The notes under the pieces were generated by a model that had not been told where the DNA came from, made no database searches, and worked only from the letters and a program-made list of their open reading frames with translations. DNA of 64,000 nucleotides from Narcine bancroftii (Eukaryota), in contig NC_091473.1 in the NCBI RefSeq assembly GCF_036971445.1, forward strand, positions 205,964,001-206,028,000, given 5' to 3'. The translations under genes were made by a program, and so were the position numbers. Shown here in pieces: positions 1-12,844 of the stretch (position 1 is the stretch's first letter; every line of letters begins with the position of its first letter).

Positions 1-700
1 CACATATTGTGAATTAAACTTAATCCACTTTTCAACTGCCCACCAGCCCAAACGTACAAGATGAAATCTTTCACAAAGGTCCTCACAATCTAAAATTACA
101 GACACTTCAGTTTCATCTGGAAATTTGATAATACAGTTTCAATTAAATGATTGATGTAGATGATAAACAAAAATGAGCCGTGCACACTAGCAAATATACA
201 AATTACGTCACCTGTGAGCTATTAGCCAATTACATACTGGAGAAACACCACTTCGCAGAAAGAGAAAATTGCTCAGACATATCAGGGACTGGAATATATT
301 ACAAAGAATCACGTCTCTCCCATTGGGTCTGGCGGTAAACATCGTGCTGAAACTGTGATCCTTACTAATAATGTCAAGGCTCCACATTGGTTTTCTCCAA
401 AATGCCCCCTGTGGGACCCTTAGTTTTGTTTCACTTCTGGATACGGAAATATCTGCGATTTGTTGCACGAGCATATGGTGATAACTCATTGTCGCAGAAT
501 CATTTAAGCTGATGCTAGTGGAATAATGAAATGTAAAAATGAACTGCAGTTTCCCATCAGTATTTAATGACAAGACTGTTATATGTTACATTTGGTGAAC
601 TGAAGAATAGTCAAAATATCTTCTTCAGGTATTGAGTAATGTATTGGAAGAGCGATCACGATTCTCTAGTCCTGAGTTCAGCTGAGTTCAGTTTATTCCT
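1..700 (-). mobile_element. Old degenerate CR1-like RT fragment (paralogous to ~49770-50450 and ~54600-55300)
   Basis: Antisense similarity by eye to the KFADDTK/SGVPQG region of the CR1 at 19.1-21.6 kb; collinear similarity to the two later copies. Confidence 0.45.
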
Positions 701-1041
701 TAAGCCATCTGTTTTCCTTGTATTTGATGCCGAAGTGTTTGTGTGTGTGCCATGATGCAGGGAAGCAGCGGATCTAACCATAGACTAATACCCGGTAGTT
801 CAAGCGAGCAGTGACCAAAAATGACACATCCTGGGGTAAAAACTGACGATGGTGAACAATTTTCATCTGCTTATACCTAATTGAACATGGAATTTCATAG
901 TTGGGGGCATGGCAAGATGGCGTAGAGTCGAGACTTGTAATCTCGACCTCTCTGGCCGAACTTTTATGTACCCGTTTTTTAACTCTTTGTTTTCAAGTTT
1001 AAACTTTTTAAAATTTTAGCTAAAAGTATTCAGGAACTATT

Positions 1042-2478
1042 ATGGCCATTAATGGTAAAAATAATTATACTTCAAGTGCAGAAGAAGTTACATTTTCGAA
1101 GTGGTGAAGATTTGGGGCCTTAACGACATGTTACAGCTTCAGGATTAATTTCCGTAGTGTCTAAATCACAAAGACTGCCTGTGGGAGCTGACAAAAATGT
1201 CTACTACTCACCATGTGAGGGATGGCTCTGGAATTACCCGTTCCCTGGAAGAAGGTGCATGTTCCCAAGAAGTGGATCCCGATTCTGGAAGCCTTTAGAT
1301 TTTAACGGAGGTAGCACACAGGAAGACGACTCAATTGTTTGAAATGCATCAGGAAGCATTTCAACCTGAAGATATCGCTTTCCTCCGTACTTTTGCGCAA
1401 AAACAACGAGCTGCGGGGGGAGACCAGCGGCGTCCCCCTGAGGAAGTCGGGGTGCCGTCGCTGGGAGTCCAGAACCGCAGTAAAACCTCTAAATTGGCTT
1501 TTGTCGTGTTGCAGCAGGAGCTGCAGTTACCTGGTTCTGCCACTACGTCAGAGAAAGCAGGGCGGAGCTTTTCTGACTTACAATGTATGCAGTTGAATGC
1601 TGTCATTCAACCTTTAATCAATGAGATGTCTCAAATGACTGCTAGTATAAGTTCAGAATTGAATACAGTTAAAGCACATATTATGAAGAATTTAAAACAT
1701 TTCAGACTGCTTTTTTGGACTGTAAACAGCAAGTGGTTTCTAACACAGAAAAAATGTTAAAGTTTGAAAAATCAGTTACAAATTGGGAGAATGCGAGAAG
1801 GAGTTAGAGAGGAAAATAGACTACGTGGAGAATGAGCAGAAGGAATAATGTGAAATTCGTTGGTTTGCCAGAGGTATGGAAGGACAAGATCCTCTTCGTT
1901 TTTTTAAAGATTGTATCCCACTAGTACTAGGGCAAGAATTTTTATCTGGAGGCTTGGTACTGGAAAGAGGTCAAAGAGCTTTAAGAAGAACAACTTTACC
2001 TGGTCAACCACTGAGACCTGTAATAATTCATTGTTTGCATTATTTGGACAGAGAAGCAATACTTCGACTACCAGTGCAAAATACGAGACAATGACAAACT
2101 CCGTTATTTATTCAGAATAGCAGAGGTTTTTTTAATACTGATTTGAGTCAAGAGGTCACTCAACGTCAACGTCGATTTAATCCAGTTAAAGAAGTTTTGT
2201 GGCATCAAGGTTATAAGTCTACTTTTCACTACCCGGCAGTGTTGAAGGTATTTTATGGAGACCATCATTGTCGGTTTTTTGAGAATGATCGTGAAGCAAT
2301 GATTTTTGCTGATTCTTTGCCATATATGAGGACAAAGTCGTAGTCAACCATTGTCACCTAAAGAAAAAATCTGGTTGTCTGGGAAACGGAAGAAATAGCA
2401 GAAATGGGAAAAACTGGAATGGAAAGAGTCCAACTTCTTCTGAAATGGGATGTCCGAGATTGGAATCTCTTGGATGAC
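1042..2478 (+). pseudogene. L1 ORF1p (RNA-binding, Transposase_22-type), disrupted
   Basis: Fragments RRNNVKFVGLPEG/MEGQDP..LERGQRALR..RPVIIHCLHYLDREAILR and SQEVTQRQRRFNPVKEVLW..YPAVLKV; homologous to ORF 62883-63800. Ends approximate. Confidence 0.85.
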
Positions 2479-2797
2479 TAGAAGATTTTTTAAATTCTTA
2501 TTTTACTTTTTATGTTATTATGATATTTTTATGTTATTCATTGTTTGACTGGGGAGGGAGATATTTGCTCTAAGTTCTTTACCAGTCATCAGCCACTGGT
2601 GGGTGACCCACACCCAATTTTTATTTAGGGATTACTAACTTTTAGTAGTGTTTTTTGGGGGAGAATTCTTTTAAATTTTTTTTATTTTCATTTTCGTTAG
2701 CTTTTAACATGTGATTTTTTTCCTATTGGATGGCCTTTATACGTTGATTTGAATTTTCATGTAAAGATATTATTGGTATTTATTAATAATAGTAGAT

Positions 2798-5700
2798 ATG
2801 TCAAAGTTGAGGTTTGCTACTTTTAATGTTCGAGGTTTAAACAGTCCGATCAAGCATAAGCGAGTCTTGGCATATACTAAAAGATGAAAATTGATGTTGC
2901 TTTTATCAAGAAACATATTTGAATGTCAAGGAATGTATGAAATTAAAGAGGGACTGGGTTGTGCATGTATATTCTTCTTTACTTAATTCCAGGGCTGGAG
3001 GTGTTGCAATTTTGACACATAAAAAATTATCTTTTGAATTACAATCAATGGAGGAAAAGGCAGGATGTATTCTTAAATTGAATTGTAAGATTTGTTGTGA
3101 GTTTTGGACTTTACGTAATATTTATACCCCAGATGTAGATGATGAAATATTTATTTCAGGTGCATTTTTATATTTGGGTCAGGCTAATGATAATATTTTA
3201 GTTGGTGATGATTTTAATTGTGGTTTGGAACCTTTATGAGATAAATCTCCGAAGAAATCTAAGAAATGTAAGATGACAGTTCAGGTTCAAGGTTTGATGA
3301 AAGATCTTAATTTAGTAGATATTTGGAGATGTCTTAATCCGACGGAGAAAGATTTCTCCTTTTATTCATCAAGACATGAATCGTTTTCAAGGATTGACTT
3401 TTTTTAGTATCGGCACATTTACAAGGGAAAATACAACAAGTGGAATATAAAAGTAGGGTGATTTCAAATCATTCTTTGTTATACTTTACATATGCAACTT
3501 CTGAGAAAATTCAAGTGGCCTATCGTTGGAGGTTGTTGTTGAAAAATACGGAATTTATTGATCTTTTTGAAAAAACAATTTTTTTTAAAAGAAAATTCTT
3601 ATTCTGTTCAAAGTAAGATTGTATTATGGGATGCTATGAAAGCTCATTTGAGAGGACAAATAATTAGTTATACTTCTAAAATAAAAAAAATACTCTGATT
3701 AAATCAGAGTTTTGAATTAGAGAAACAGATTGAAGAGTTAGAAAAGGAATTTTAGAACGATGCTACAGAAGATCAGAAAATAGAATTATCTAGGTTGAAA
3801 TTGGAATATAATACTTTGCAATCTTATCAATTTGAATGTGTGATTAATAGGACTAAACAATGGTATTATTAATGGGTAAAGAAAACATACAAGGGATTGG
3901 CGTGGCAATTAAAGAAAGAACAGGTTTCGAGTACTATTAATGTTGATAAACGGAATTCTCTTATTACTTATAAACCTCGTGAGATTAATGATGAATTTTG
4001 TTCATTTTATAAAAAGTTATATACATCTGAAGAAAAACAAGGAACTGGATCGATGGATCTTGTTTTATCACAGTTGAATTTACCGATATTAGTGGATACA
4101 AATACACAAGAGTTGGAAGAACCATTTACTGATTCGGAAATTAAAATGGCAATGATGGGAATGCTGAATGGTAAATCGCCTGTTGATGATAGATTTTCGG
4201 TTGAATATTATAGAAATTTTTTATGATGATTCCTCTACAGTGTTTGGCGATGTATTACGTCAAGTTGGAGAACATTATGAATTACCTGAGTCTTGGTCTA
4301 GTGCTTTAATTATAGTAATCACAAAAGAGTTAGACATCCTTTGAAAGTATCTTCATATAGACCAATTTCGATGTTAAATGTAGATTATAAAATAATAGCT
4401 AAAATATTGGCGAATAGATTGACTAAATGTTTACATATGTTGATACATATGGATCAAAGAGGTTTTATAGAGAATAGATATGCTTCAGATAATATTATAC
4501 GCGTGATTAGTTTGAGGTATTGAGCGTGATTAGTTTGATTTCGATAATCTTAACATTACCCGATGGTGATACATTTAGATGCAGAAAAAAGCATTTGATA
4601 GAGTTGAGTGGAAGTTTTTGTTTAAAGTTCAGGAGAAATTTAAGTTTGGTCCTTTCTTTATTGGTTGGATTAAGGCTTTATATAGTAAACCGGTAGCTAG
4701 AGTATTGACAAATGGCTTGAGTTTGGAACCTTTTAAATTCACTCGATCAACTCGTCAAGGTTGGCCTTTATCACCAGCTTTGTTTGCGTTAGTGATCAAA
4801 CCTTTAGCACAGCTGATAAGACAAAATAGACAGATACAAGGTATGAAAGTTTTAGATGAGGAGTATGAAATTAATTTATTTGATGATTATTTATTCGTGT
4901 ATTTAACATACCCAGCTCAGTCACTTTTGCACTTGAAGGAATGTTTAATACAATATGGATGTCATTCTGGATATAAAGTTAATTAGGAAAAAAGTGAAAT
5001 ATTACCAGTAAGTGAACGAGATTAATCAGTTTATAAGAATATTATTAAGTTGAAATGGACTGATCGAATTAAATATTTGGTAATAATTTTGAATGTTAAT
5101 TATCAATTTTTATATAAATTAAATTATGTTCCATTAATTAAAAAAATTAAAACTGATTTGATTAAATGGAAAGATTTACCTATTAATTTATGGGGTAAGA
5201 TAAATACAATTAAGATGTATATTTTTCCACGTATGCAATATTTGTTTCAATTTATTCCGTATTTACTTGATAATACATTTTTCGAGATTTGAATAAAATG
5301 GTTAGCGAGTTTTTATGGAGAGGTACATTTTTCAGAGTAGCTTTGAAGAAATTAACTTGGAAATATGAGTTTGGGGGATTACGTTTACCACATTTTCAAA
5401 ATTATGATGAAGCAGCCCAACTTAAATTTATTCGTTCATTGATGGATTTGGAACGGCCTCCTAGTTGGGCTAAAATTGAGATGGCAAATATTTCTGAATT
5501 TGAAATACATTAATTTTTGTTTGGATGGAATATAAATTTGTTACAGCAACATAATGTGCCTATACTAAAACATTTAATGAAGTTATTGATAAAGAAAAAT
5601 AAAATTACAGGCTCTAGGGGTGAATTATCGTCTTTGGCTCCATTGTATAATAATCAATTTATTTCATTTTCAATACACAATCGAAGTTTATTGCATTGGA

Positions 5701-6565
5701 GATTTAAAGGTGTGGAAACTTGGGAGATTGTTTTAAAGAGGGTAATTTTTTAAATCTTTTATTCAGATGAGGGACAATTTTGGTATTTATAAGAACTCTT
5801 TGTTTCTTTATTATCAAATATAATCTTTGGTACAACGTACGTTTGGTAGAGATATGATTGTATCTGAAATGCCTAAATTTGAGACTTTTCGTATGAAGGC
5901 ACCAAAGAAGGGTTATATTTCATCTATGTATCAAATATTACACTATGGTATGCATAAAAATGGTTGGGATAGATCTAAATGTAAATGGGAAGCAAATAGT
6001 GGTTTTATTTTTTCTGAGTATGATTGATTAGATATCTGTTATGATAGTCTAACTAGATTTTTAAATGCACGTTATGCAACGATTAACTCTAATTTTTTTT
6101 ACATCAATAATATCTAACACCTTAAAAATTACAAAAGTATGGTTTTCATGAATCAGATTTGTGTTTTAGATGTGGTAATTTTGTTGGAACTTTTTTCATG
6201 CTGTTTGGTCATGTATACATATACAATCTTTTTGGAAGAATATTCAATTGTCATTAGAATACCTTTATAAGATTAAAATACCTTTAGATCCGACAGTATT
6301 TTTATTGGGTAGTTTGCAGCCTCTGAAAGGTTTGGAATTAGATAAGTTTCAACTTGCTTTTGTATATTTAGCTTTATCTGTAGCGAAAAAATGTATTGCT
6401 AGTACGTGGAAAGATACAAATATGATTGATATTAATAGATGCCATAATGAGATGAAATATTGTTTACTAATGGAAAGAATTACATATGTTTCGTGTGATA
6501 ATTATAGTTTTTTTATTAAAAAGTGGTTATTATTCTCAGAATCTTTACATTTCAATTTATATTGA
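2798..6565 (+). pseudogene. L1 ORF2p (APE endonuclease + reverse transcriptase + C-terminal Cys-rich domain), many stops/frameshifts
   Basis: MSKLRFATFNVRGLN start; NIYTP, GDDFN, YRPISMLNVDYKIIAKILANRL, KAFDRVEW, TRQGWPLSPALF, LFDDY, CFRC motifs. Confidence 0.92.
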
Positions 6566-7004
6566 TTAGATCTTAATATGTATGTTTAACTTTTCTTTAA
6601 TATGTTTTCTTTTTTCTTTCTTTATGGCTCTCCTTTATGAATAAAAAATAACGTTCATTTTTATGGTAAATTGTCGTATATGTTATGTACTATTTGTTTT
6701 TGAACGAATAAATAAAGTTAAAAAAAAGAATTTCATCGTTTTTCACGTCCACTTGGTTTTAAAATCAGGAGAAGATATTCTTTGATTCAATCAATCCTAT
6801 TCTGTAGCCGATAAATGATTGACAATGCAAGGGATATTTTGGAATACGACGGATATTGTACCTATTGTGCATTACGGAGGAGGTGTTAGTGTTGGGTGCG
6901 TGATCTGACGGCAATTAAGAAAAGAGAAAAGAGGAGTGAATGCCCAATCGACATCTAAATGCAACAGATTAAATCCAGTGATCTTTTATTTCAGATTAGA
7001 TACA

Positions 7005-7585
7005 ATGCTTTTCCTCTTGTCCGTTTGGATAATAATGCACATTTTACGTGGTGAGTTAATGTTTCGATGGTGTTGTTTCGATATCTTCCTGAGTACTCAG
7101 AGTTTATGAATAATTATAATAGATTTATTGTCATTCATATTATACAATGTACAAATGTAGCAGTTGAGTAAACAACAGTATGTGTTAAATTAAGAATAAA
7201 TATGAAAGATATGCGAATAATAAATATTCATAATTACCATCATGCAATAAGATAACTGCATTACATTAGTTTCTGAGAAATGTTGTTGACGTCTCTGGCG
7301 ACCATTTAATGTATCAGTATCACTTCAGATGAAATCCGAAGCAGGAAAAAGTGTAACATTGTATTGCCATTTTTACGGTAGATCCAGTATCCGGGAGAAT
7401 CAACCAAACATCGACTATGGATATTCTGCAGAGCTGTTAGTTGATCTCTTAGGCAGGTATGCTTTTTATTATCTTCATAATTCGGGTCTCCGACTTAGCC
7501 AAGCATCATTCAGTGTCTTTGAATGGCATCTATTTTTCATTCCTCTCTTTTATTGTTAGAGCACGGGCAATGCTCACGCTGACAC
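7005..7585 (+). pseudogene. TCR V pseudogene (leader exon 7005-7050; V exon ~7289-7585)
   Basis: 46-nt leader MLFLLSVWIIMHILR-G followed by GTGAGT donor; V exon QMKSEAGKSVTLYC...(W)*IQYPGESTKHRL...LFYC; deletions and stops; RSS not clearly recognisable. Confidence 0.7.
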
Positions 7586-8367
7586 TGTCGTTGGCTTACG
7601 GCAGTTGAAAGTTGGGGTTTCTTCACATTTTAACCTGGTATTACGTGTAAATAAGGGGAACATTTGAAACCAATACTGTGGCAGATGAATCGTCGTTTCG
7701 AACAAATTTGAACGTCAAGACAGGCCACCGAGAGACCAACACTTACTTGATAAGCAGAAGTAACTGCCTTTCTGCGGCAAGTAATAATTTCCGTGCACTA
7801 ATTAGTTGCACATTGCAGATAACAATGAACGCACTATCATTAACTTTTATGAAGTGTATCTGCGAATCAACAAAAGCTATTACTCATAGTTTCCACATTT
7901 TTATGACCTTTCCTTAATGAATTTTGAATGTATTTTTTCATGAATTTTCATGAGCAATTACCTAATTGGCATTCTTATCTGGGTAACTCTGCCGTTATAT
8001 ATTCCAGCTCGAGGAATGACCTTTGTGCTGAGAAGATGACTCTCCTTGATTCTAGCTCCCGCAGAGGGAATCATCACAGGCAAATGATAAAGGTTCGTGC
8101 TCAAATTAATCCGGTTATGAGATACCAGATAATGAATGACTCGGGAAACGCCTCGAGCTTCCCCAGGAGAATAGCATAGATGCTATCTTCCTTTCCTCAC
8201 AACGACATGATACGATTCATTTTTTATTCCAAATATAGCATCAAATCCTCCGTATCATACATACTGATTTAAATATCCATGTACTTCCATAAACATTTGA
8301 CATAAAATCTCCTATGCCTACCTTGACATACGTCAACATCACTCAAAATTTCTGTGGTTTTTTGCAG

Positions 8368-8657
8368 GTGTCAATGGCGCCGATTCAAAGAACCGATATC
8401 CGTCTGATCTGAAAGCTGAAGAATAACAAAATGTAACTGAACTACAGTTACCCTGCAGCACTATCTGCTTTAAGCATCTTCTGATACCCGCAGTATCCCG
8501 GAGAAACACTCATCTATCTACTGAAGATTTTGTCTACTGCATACAGAGTCTGGTCTCCTAAATTCACAGTTAGGTGTTTTGATGTATAGTAGATTTAAAC
8601 ACTGTTGATACATTTTCTACATTGCTTAGTCGTGATCTCAGCATTGTATGCGTGACT
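8368..8657 (+). pseudogene. TCR V pseudogene exon, truncated at 3' end by an L1
   Basis: TTTTTTGCAG acceptor then GVNGADS...NVT.NYSYP...IF*YPQYPGETLIYLLKILST...SALY; paralog of V at 36507. Confidence 0.7.
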
Positions 8658-8658
8658 T

Positions 8659-9945
8659 AAAAAAAGACACTTTATTTAATATATTGAAAGCAGAATCTTT
8701 AACAAAGTGCATAATATATAAATGAAAATTACAACTATCGCAATCCATTCCACCCATCCTCAGGAAACTCCACAAGCGAAGCATTAAGAAAATTTAAAAA
8801 TTACATACAGCAGTTTAAAATAATAGTAAATTCGTACATTTCAAATAAGGCGGCATCATCTTAACAAAAATGTCATAATTAGCATTCAAATTATATGTTA
8901 TTTTCTCCATATAAATACAGGACCTCAACTCGTTATGCCAACGATTTACATTTATCTCAACTTTGTCTTTTGAAAAATTCGCAACACATTTACATGCTAC
9001 AGCCAATTCTAAACATAGAAAATGCTGTCTGATATTTATCTAACTCCAAATGCATAAATGGAGCAGTATAACCCAACAAAATATATATTGGATCTTATAA
9101 AAGTTGGATTTTATGCAAATGTTGAAGTAATTCCTTCATTATCCGCAATAATTATTGAATTTTATCACAAAGCCAAATGGAATGTAAGCATGTACCTCCA
9201 CATAATCTACATCTAAAACACGACTCTGAATTACTAAATCCATAATTTTTCAATTTCACAGAGGATAGATATAACTAATGCAAAAAATATAATTAATCAT
9301 ACTTGATCTTTCATGAAACATTTTAGTCAAACCGTCAAAACGCATCGACTCCCAATCGGCCTGATTAATATCACAAGTTAAATCATTTTTTCCATTTAAT
9401 CCTAGATTTATCGAAATTTATTTTATCCACCTTGTCTTGTAACAACGCATTAATCTCAGAAATAAAACACTTATTTGAAAAATGAGAAATAATAAACTCA
9501 AATTTCGTTAACTTCAGAATATTCATTTTTTTTCTAAAATTATTTTTCACTAACGCTCTAATCTGATAATAAATAAACCAAAAAAAATCACTGAAATTCC
9601 ACATTTCTCTCTAAGTTGATTAAATGATAAAAGTTTACCCTCCTCAAAACAATCCTGCAACGACTTGATTTCTTTAGTCTGCCATTCTCTTAGAAATCTA
9701 TTATTCAATGAAAAAGGAATCAATTTATTTTGATACATTGGTGCTTGAACCGATATTTTAACTTTCGAGCCTATTAATAAATTCCTTTTAGTGCAAATCT
9801 CTAACACATATTTTAAAATTGGTACATTGTATCTCCGTAATAAAACAGAATTCCACTTAAATACAAATTGAGGTGAATAAGGGTCCCACATATCAGCCAA
9901 TTCTACCATAGCCCAATTGGGGGTGGGGGACACGAAACTGAGGCG
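8659..9945 (-). mobile_element. 5'-truncated L1 (3' part of ORF2)
   Basis: Minus-strand ORFs 8815-9006 and 9550-9951 match the L1 ORF2 C-terminus (RWHNELRSCIYMEKITY; NVPILKY..CFEEG). Confidence 0.85.
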
Positions 9946-10000
9946 ACCCAACAGTCTTATATCGGGTAAAATGTTGAATTATTCCCTGTTTATCTTCCTC

Positions 10001-10459
10001 CTGGCTTCATCCCCATTCATTTGTTTGCTGATTCTGTGGGGCGTTCGATTTGGCGAGCCTCTGACCTATTGTTCAGCGCGTGCCCCTACCGGCTCAGCGC
10101 AATTCCTCGCATATCCTGTACTGCGTGCAACGTTCCAGGAACAAATGGGTAAATGTAATAATACATGCAAATGGCTGCAGGATGCCAAGCAGTGTCACTG
10201 ACACGAGTTATTCGAGAAGTGTTACCTTATATTATTGGGACGTTAAAATTCCCGTGGATTGTGAAATTTTGGATATAATATCCTATTCGATGTGCTTCGG
10301 TCTCACGATCGTCCGGACACGATGACGGTTACTTTGGAGAAAAGGGTCCCGATATTACACCTCAATATCTCGAAAGCTCTTGAACTGGACTTGGCCTTGT
10401 ATCTCTGCGCGGTGGGCCTCACACTGTTTTTTTGTAAATTGCGGAGATGCTCAAAAGCT
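10001..10459 (+). pseudogene. TCR V pseudogene, cassette unit 1 'V-A', with RSS
   Basis: Decayed leader (..FICLLILWGVRF-G, GCGAG donor), TTCCAG acceptor at 10138, SYSRSVTLYYW, LHLNISKALELDLALYLCAVG; RSS CACACTG (10420)-24 nt-TCAAAAGCT. Confidence 0.8.
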
Positions 10460-10863
10460 GATTCTGAAATCGGATGTGGTTTGAAACAAAAGGGGAGAAA
10501 GAGGGCGGGAGATCCCGTTAGGGATTGCAAAAGGCTGAGCATGAGTAAATGATAGATAGAACGAGCTAGAGGAATAAAATGAAAGAAGGGGAGAGAGGAA
10601 GCGAGGGAGGAGATAAAACGACGGAAGACACGGGGAGTTTACAAATAGAGGGAGAAACTATGAAAGAAGGCCAGTGCGATCCAGACTGCCTTCACATCTC
10701 TATCTGATTTGTTCACGAATTATATCATCAACCAATCCTATGTAAAGGAAACTCATTCATATCTGCCCCAGATTGTTAGTTCACTCATAACATCGACCGA
10801 CACGTACTCTGCATTCAGCTGTAAAACAGGAAAATCTTTGCTTTTGACCTTAATCCGCATATC

Positions 10864-10909
10864 ATGGGTGTTCTGTGTTGTTTGCCGATTCTTTGCGTCG
10901 TTTTGACTG
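10864..10909 (+). CDS. Distal V leader exon (unit 1), intact, phase-compatible with acceptor at 11296
   Basis: ATG..MGVLCCLPILCVVLT-G, 46 nt, GTAAGC donor. Confidence 0.75.
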
Positions 10910-11244
10910 GTAAGCCTGTCCGATTGGTCACCGAACTCTGTCCATTCCCCGTACTCGACGTGTCTTCAACTTTAACATAAGTAAAGTTAGATGATTTCCC
11001 CAAGAATCAAACTCCTTGGCTGTCCCTCCGTTTACTCGTTTACTCGTTCACTGTCTACTTACTGATCAACACCGCGCGTCCCCCATCCCCTTTCTCTCTA
11101 TCTATGTCGCTCCTTGCCGTTCGAATGAGAGAGAAACAAACCCGGTCTTGAATAGAGGATTTTTCAGCATCCAACGTTAGCTTGCGACCTTGTGTCGGGT
11201 GAGGATTTGGAAAATTTCTTTCTTCCGAATTTAGGCCGGAAATC

Positions 11245-11596
11245 ATGTTCCTCCTGAAGATTGGGCAGATTCTATGGGCCGTTCTGTTTGTTCCAGGGGC
11301 GAGTGCGAATGATTCAGTAACCCAAAGACCGCCGCAAATGATCGTCGATGAAGGGCAGATTGTGGAACTGAACTGTAGTTATTCGATGAGTCCCTACACT
11401 TACATTTGGTACATTCAACATCCCGGAGAATCACCAAAATATTTGCTGAAAATCCAGACGTCAGGACAGGTGGTTCCTTCTCGCGATTGTCCTGAGAGGA
11501 TATCGGGTTCCTTAGAGAAAACGAGCCAGAGATTCCACCTAATATCTCACAAATCCGCGTGGAGGATTCCGCCGTGTATCTCTGCGCCGTGCAGAT
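11245..11596 (+). pseudogene. TRAV/TRDV: TCR alpha/delta-type V segment (unit 1 'V-B'), near-intact, one 1-bp frameshift at ~11540
   Basis: NDSVTQRPPQMIVDEGQIVELNCSYS..YIWYIQHPGESPKYLL..ERISGSLEKTSQRFHL / (shifted frame) NISQIRVEDSAVYLCAVQ; both canonical Cys and the Trp present; followed by a 23-RSS. Confidence 0.92.
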
Positions 11597-11635
11597 CACG
11601 CTGATCCAGGGCGGCGCGGGATCTGCACAAAAACT
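11597..11635 (+). promoter_or_regulatory. Recombination signal sequence, 23-bp spacer
   Basis: CACGCTG (11597-11603) + 23 nt + ACAAAAACT (11627-11635) directly after YLCAVQ. Confidence 0.92.
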
Positions 11636-11949
11636 CACCTCGAGATTTTTCATCGCTCACGGTGGTTAGAGGGCGCTCTCGGTCTCCGGAAGACAGTTCT
11701 GTCAGTCAGATTAATGGAAGGGTGAAGTCAACGCCGAGGTTCTGGTGATTTTCCCAACTCTTGCGTTTATTTTTCTCTTCATCCGTTTCGTTTCTTTGAC
11801 GTTGAAGGTAGGATGTCAGGGAGGGAGAAAAAGTGAATTGCTGCTTCCGAGAATATATTGGGAAAAGGGAAGTTGTGTTTTTGTTATGCAAATTTAGAGA
11901 TGGATAAAGGCGGCGTGGGTAGGGCAGGAGCGTGGCTCCACAATCATGA

Positions 11950-12370
11950 GTACATATGGCATAGAGTAGGGGACAAAGCAGGCAAACCTGGAGTGATGCC
12001 GTGTTTCTGCTCAGCGTAGAGGAGGTGATGTTGCGGATCAGCACTTTTGGGGTCTTCCAATGAAGAAGTCACATATCCAGTCACAGAAGGCTGGACAAAG
12101 TCCCGGATCTTTTAGATTGGTCATCGGCTTTGCAAGTGTGAGGGTGTTGAACGCCAAACATTAGTCCATGAACAGCAAACCCACGAAGGTGTTTCGGCGG
12201 TCTCGGTGATTTAATACGTAGTGGACTGTCAACGATAGGGCGGTCGTCAGTTGTGCCCACGGGCGATGGACGAATTGAAGTGTGTCCAGTTCCTTCCCGT
12301 GATTGGTGATAATGCGCTCGATATACAACCGGGCAAAACATTTCCTCCAAGTCATTTAACTTGCTCCTGT
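11950..12370 (-). mobile_element. Rex1/Babar-like LINE RT fragment
   Basis: LDTLQFVHRP..ALSLTVHYVLNH..FVGLLFMD; homologous to the element at 59290. Confidence 0.7.
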
Positions 12371-12409
12371 TGTGAAAGACAAGGAGAGGACAGTGGAAGC
12401 AAAAGCTCA

Positions 12410-12500
12410 TCGAAATGCTGGAGCAACACAGCCGGTGTCGGAGATCCCAAAAGGAGGGAAAATACCTAACCGACGTTTCGGGTCTGAGCCCATCTTCAAT
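12410..12500 (-). repeat. Penelope-type short interspersed repeat with hammerhead-like core
   Basis: Minus strand reads TTGAAGA-T-GGG-CTCAGA-CCC-GAAA-C-GTCG-GTT; related copies at ~28650 and 36781-36930. Confidence 0.5.
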
Positions 12501-12689
12501 TAATAAGAGAATCTCAAGAAGGTGTTCAACTAAAGACTGCAGACTGACAGGGCTTGGGGGAAAGGGTCTTCGAGAACGACAGTTGCTAATTGGTTATGGA
12601 AGATAAAGAGGTGGGAATTGATTTGTTTCTGTCAAGGCAGTCGGGGAATTTCGCATAGACAGAAACACAGAACGAGAGACAGGGATAGA

Positions 12690-12719
12690 TGAGAGAGAGA
12701 TTTTGAGTAAGAGAGAGAG

Positions 12720-12796
<77 letters not shown>
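12690..12796. repeat. (GA)n microsatellite
   Basis: Perfect run from ~12723 to 12796; explains the spurious SLSLSL ORF. Confidence 0.97.
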
Positions 12797-12798
<2 letters not shown>

Positions 12799-12844
12799 CG
12801 CGGGGAAATGCAACAGGAGGAAGAATTACCTGTTTAACTTTATC

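Larger units (their letters stand above)
903..6727 (+). mobile_element. Full-length, degenerate L1-clade LINE with target-site duplication (TSD)
   Basis: 5' end GGGGGCATGGCAAGATGGCG; ORF1 and ORF2 fragments in order; AATAAA plus A-tail ending at 6727; 13-bp TSD GAATTTCATAGTT (890-902) / GAATTTCATCGTT (6728-6740), one mismatch. Confidence 0.95.

Noticed and set aside
12586-12813. SL/ER-repeat ORFs (also at 15574-15904, 28898-29158, 51025-51544)
   Set aside because: Translations of GA/CT microsatellites or N gaps.
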